A stretch of DNA of 63,967 bases, counting the filler, from Chiloscyllium plagiosum (taxonomy: Eukaryota): the NCBI RefSeq assembly GCF_004010195.1. It is 5 parts of one record of this genome, joined end to end, with 100 filler letters (N's around TTAATTAATTAA, not from the genome) between each part and the next. Parts side by side here need not be neighbours in the genome. Positions count along the whole stretch, not along the records: positions 61,214 to 63,967 come from NC_057714.1; 4 more parts are not named here. One strand, 5' to 3'. The translations under genes were made by a program, and so were the position numbers. The notes beneath the pieces are model-generated. The model was not told the DNA's origin. It did no database searches and was given only the letters and a program-made list of their open reading frames with translations. Positions 62,640 through 63,967 of this stretch are shown one piece after another (the first letter of the stretch is position 1; each line of letters opens with the position of its first letter).

Positions 62640-63967
62640 CAATGGTAGATGAGGACAGAGAATCAATCATTCTCAGTAAAGTGGGAAAGCTAACAGCCGA
62701 AAGGTGGATGGCCCTGATAGAATGTTTCCCAGGGGACTAGAAGAGATGACGGGAGGAAATAGTAAACGTGCTCGGGGTAATTCATTAAAACCTGCTGGAC
62801 TCTGGGATGGTTCTGAGAGATTGGAAAGCTGCAAGCATAGTTTTAAAAACGTACCCGTTAGCTTAACTTCTGTCATGGGGAATATGCTTGAATCTCTCAA
62901 GGGCGTAGTAGCGAGATATCTGGGTAGAAATTGTCCCATTGACTATAGATTCATGAAAGGCAGGTCGTGTTTAACACATTTACTGGAATTATTTGAGCAC
63001 ATGATGAGCACATTGGATACGTGGATGTAGTGTATTTGGATTTCCAGAAGGTAATCGACAAGCTACTATACAAACGGCTGTTGTATAGGTAAAGGTGCAC
63101 GGCATTATGGGTAATGTATTAGCATGGATAGAGGATTGGTTAATGAACAAAAAGTAAAGAATAGAGATAAATGGGTGTTTGGATTAATGTTGGCACCGCA
63201 ACTGTTTACAATTTATACAAATGTTTTGGAGTTGAGGACCAAGTATACCGTGTCAGAGTTCACATTTGACACTAAGATGAGTGGAAGAGCATTGTGTGCA
63301 GAGACCACTGTGAGTCTGCACAGGGATATAGATAGTGGGTAAGGGTCTGGCAGATGGAGGACAATGTGAGGTCATCCGTTTTAGCCGGACTAACAGCAAA
63401 CTGGATGATGAAACGTTGAAAACTTTCAGCATGCTGCTCTACAGATGGAGCTGGCTGTCCTTGTGCACGAATCACAGGAAGTTAGTTTGCAGGTGCAGAA
63501 AGTAAATAAGACAGTGAAGGGAACATTGTGCTTCATTGCTTGAGGGATGGTGACGCTGCAGCTGTACAGGGTGCTGGTGAGGTCATACCTGGAGTAATGG
63601 GTACAGGTTTGGTCTCTTTACTTTAGCAAGGATGTACTGGCACTGGAGGGAGTACAGAGGAGGGTCACTAGTTGGAGTCTGGAGTTGAGAGGGTTGGCGT
63701 ATGTGGAGAGATTGAGTAGACTGGGACTATACTCATTGTAATTTAGAAGAATGTGAGGTTGGATAGGAAAAATATGATTATGAAAGGAATAGATAAGATA
63801 GAAGCAGGGAGATAATTTCCACTGGGGACAGGTGAAACTAGAGAGTATAGCAACAAAACAAGGGGGGAGCAGATTTAGGACTGGGTTCAGGAGGAGCTTC
63901 TTCAGCTAAAGGTTTGTGAATCTGTGGAATTGCTTGCTGAGTGAAGCAGTTGGGCTTTCATCTTGAA
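62640..63967 (+). mobile_element. Old CR1 RT and C-terminus
   Basis: Motifs PVSLTSV, FMKGRSCLT.LLE, YLDFQK, DTKM and LVRSYLE. Confidence 0.82.

Noticed and set aside
1..63967. CRISPR array, prokaryotic operon or defence system
   Set aside because: No regularly spaced repeat-spacer array or gene-dense region; all RT, endonuclease and integrase motifs belong to eukaryotic TEs.

Overview
This is vertebrate nuclear DNA, most likely from an elasmobranch (shark). That inference rests on HE1/V-SINE copies and on CR1 3' tails of the HE1-partner type. The window is dominated by transposable-element debris, and I could not support any host protein-coding gene, rRNA, tRNA gene or CRISPR array. Elements present: (1) many CR1 LINE fragments of different ages, including one 5'-retaining copy with a Zn-finger/coiled-coil/SGNH-esterase ORF1; (2) a CR1/L2-group LINE and a tRNA-headed SINE sharing its tail; (3) two 5'-intact L1-clade elements; (4) at least three Gypsy/Ty3 LTR remnants, one with Gmr1-like domain order; (5) decayed Harbinger Myb/SANT genes; (6) about a dozen short Penelope-like (PLE) terminal fragments. 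The PLE termini carry minimal hammerhead-ribozyme cores (CTGANGA-stem II-GAAACGTC). They occur as solo copies, as 83-98 bp palindromes flanked by 15-17 bp target duplications, and as a 261-bp retrozyme-like tandem. Other points of note are a locus-specific 227-bp inverted duplication, a 159-bp tandem duplication, and an E-box/GATA/TALE motif cluster in a TE-poor island at about 35.0-35.2 kb. There are six assembly gaps, four containing an artificial TTAATTAATTAA linker. Family assignments come from motif recognition by eye, not database searches, and most element boundaries are approximate.
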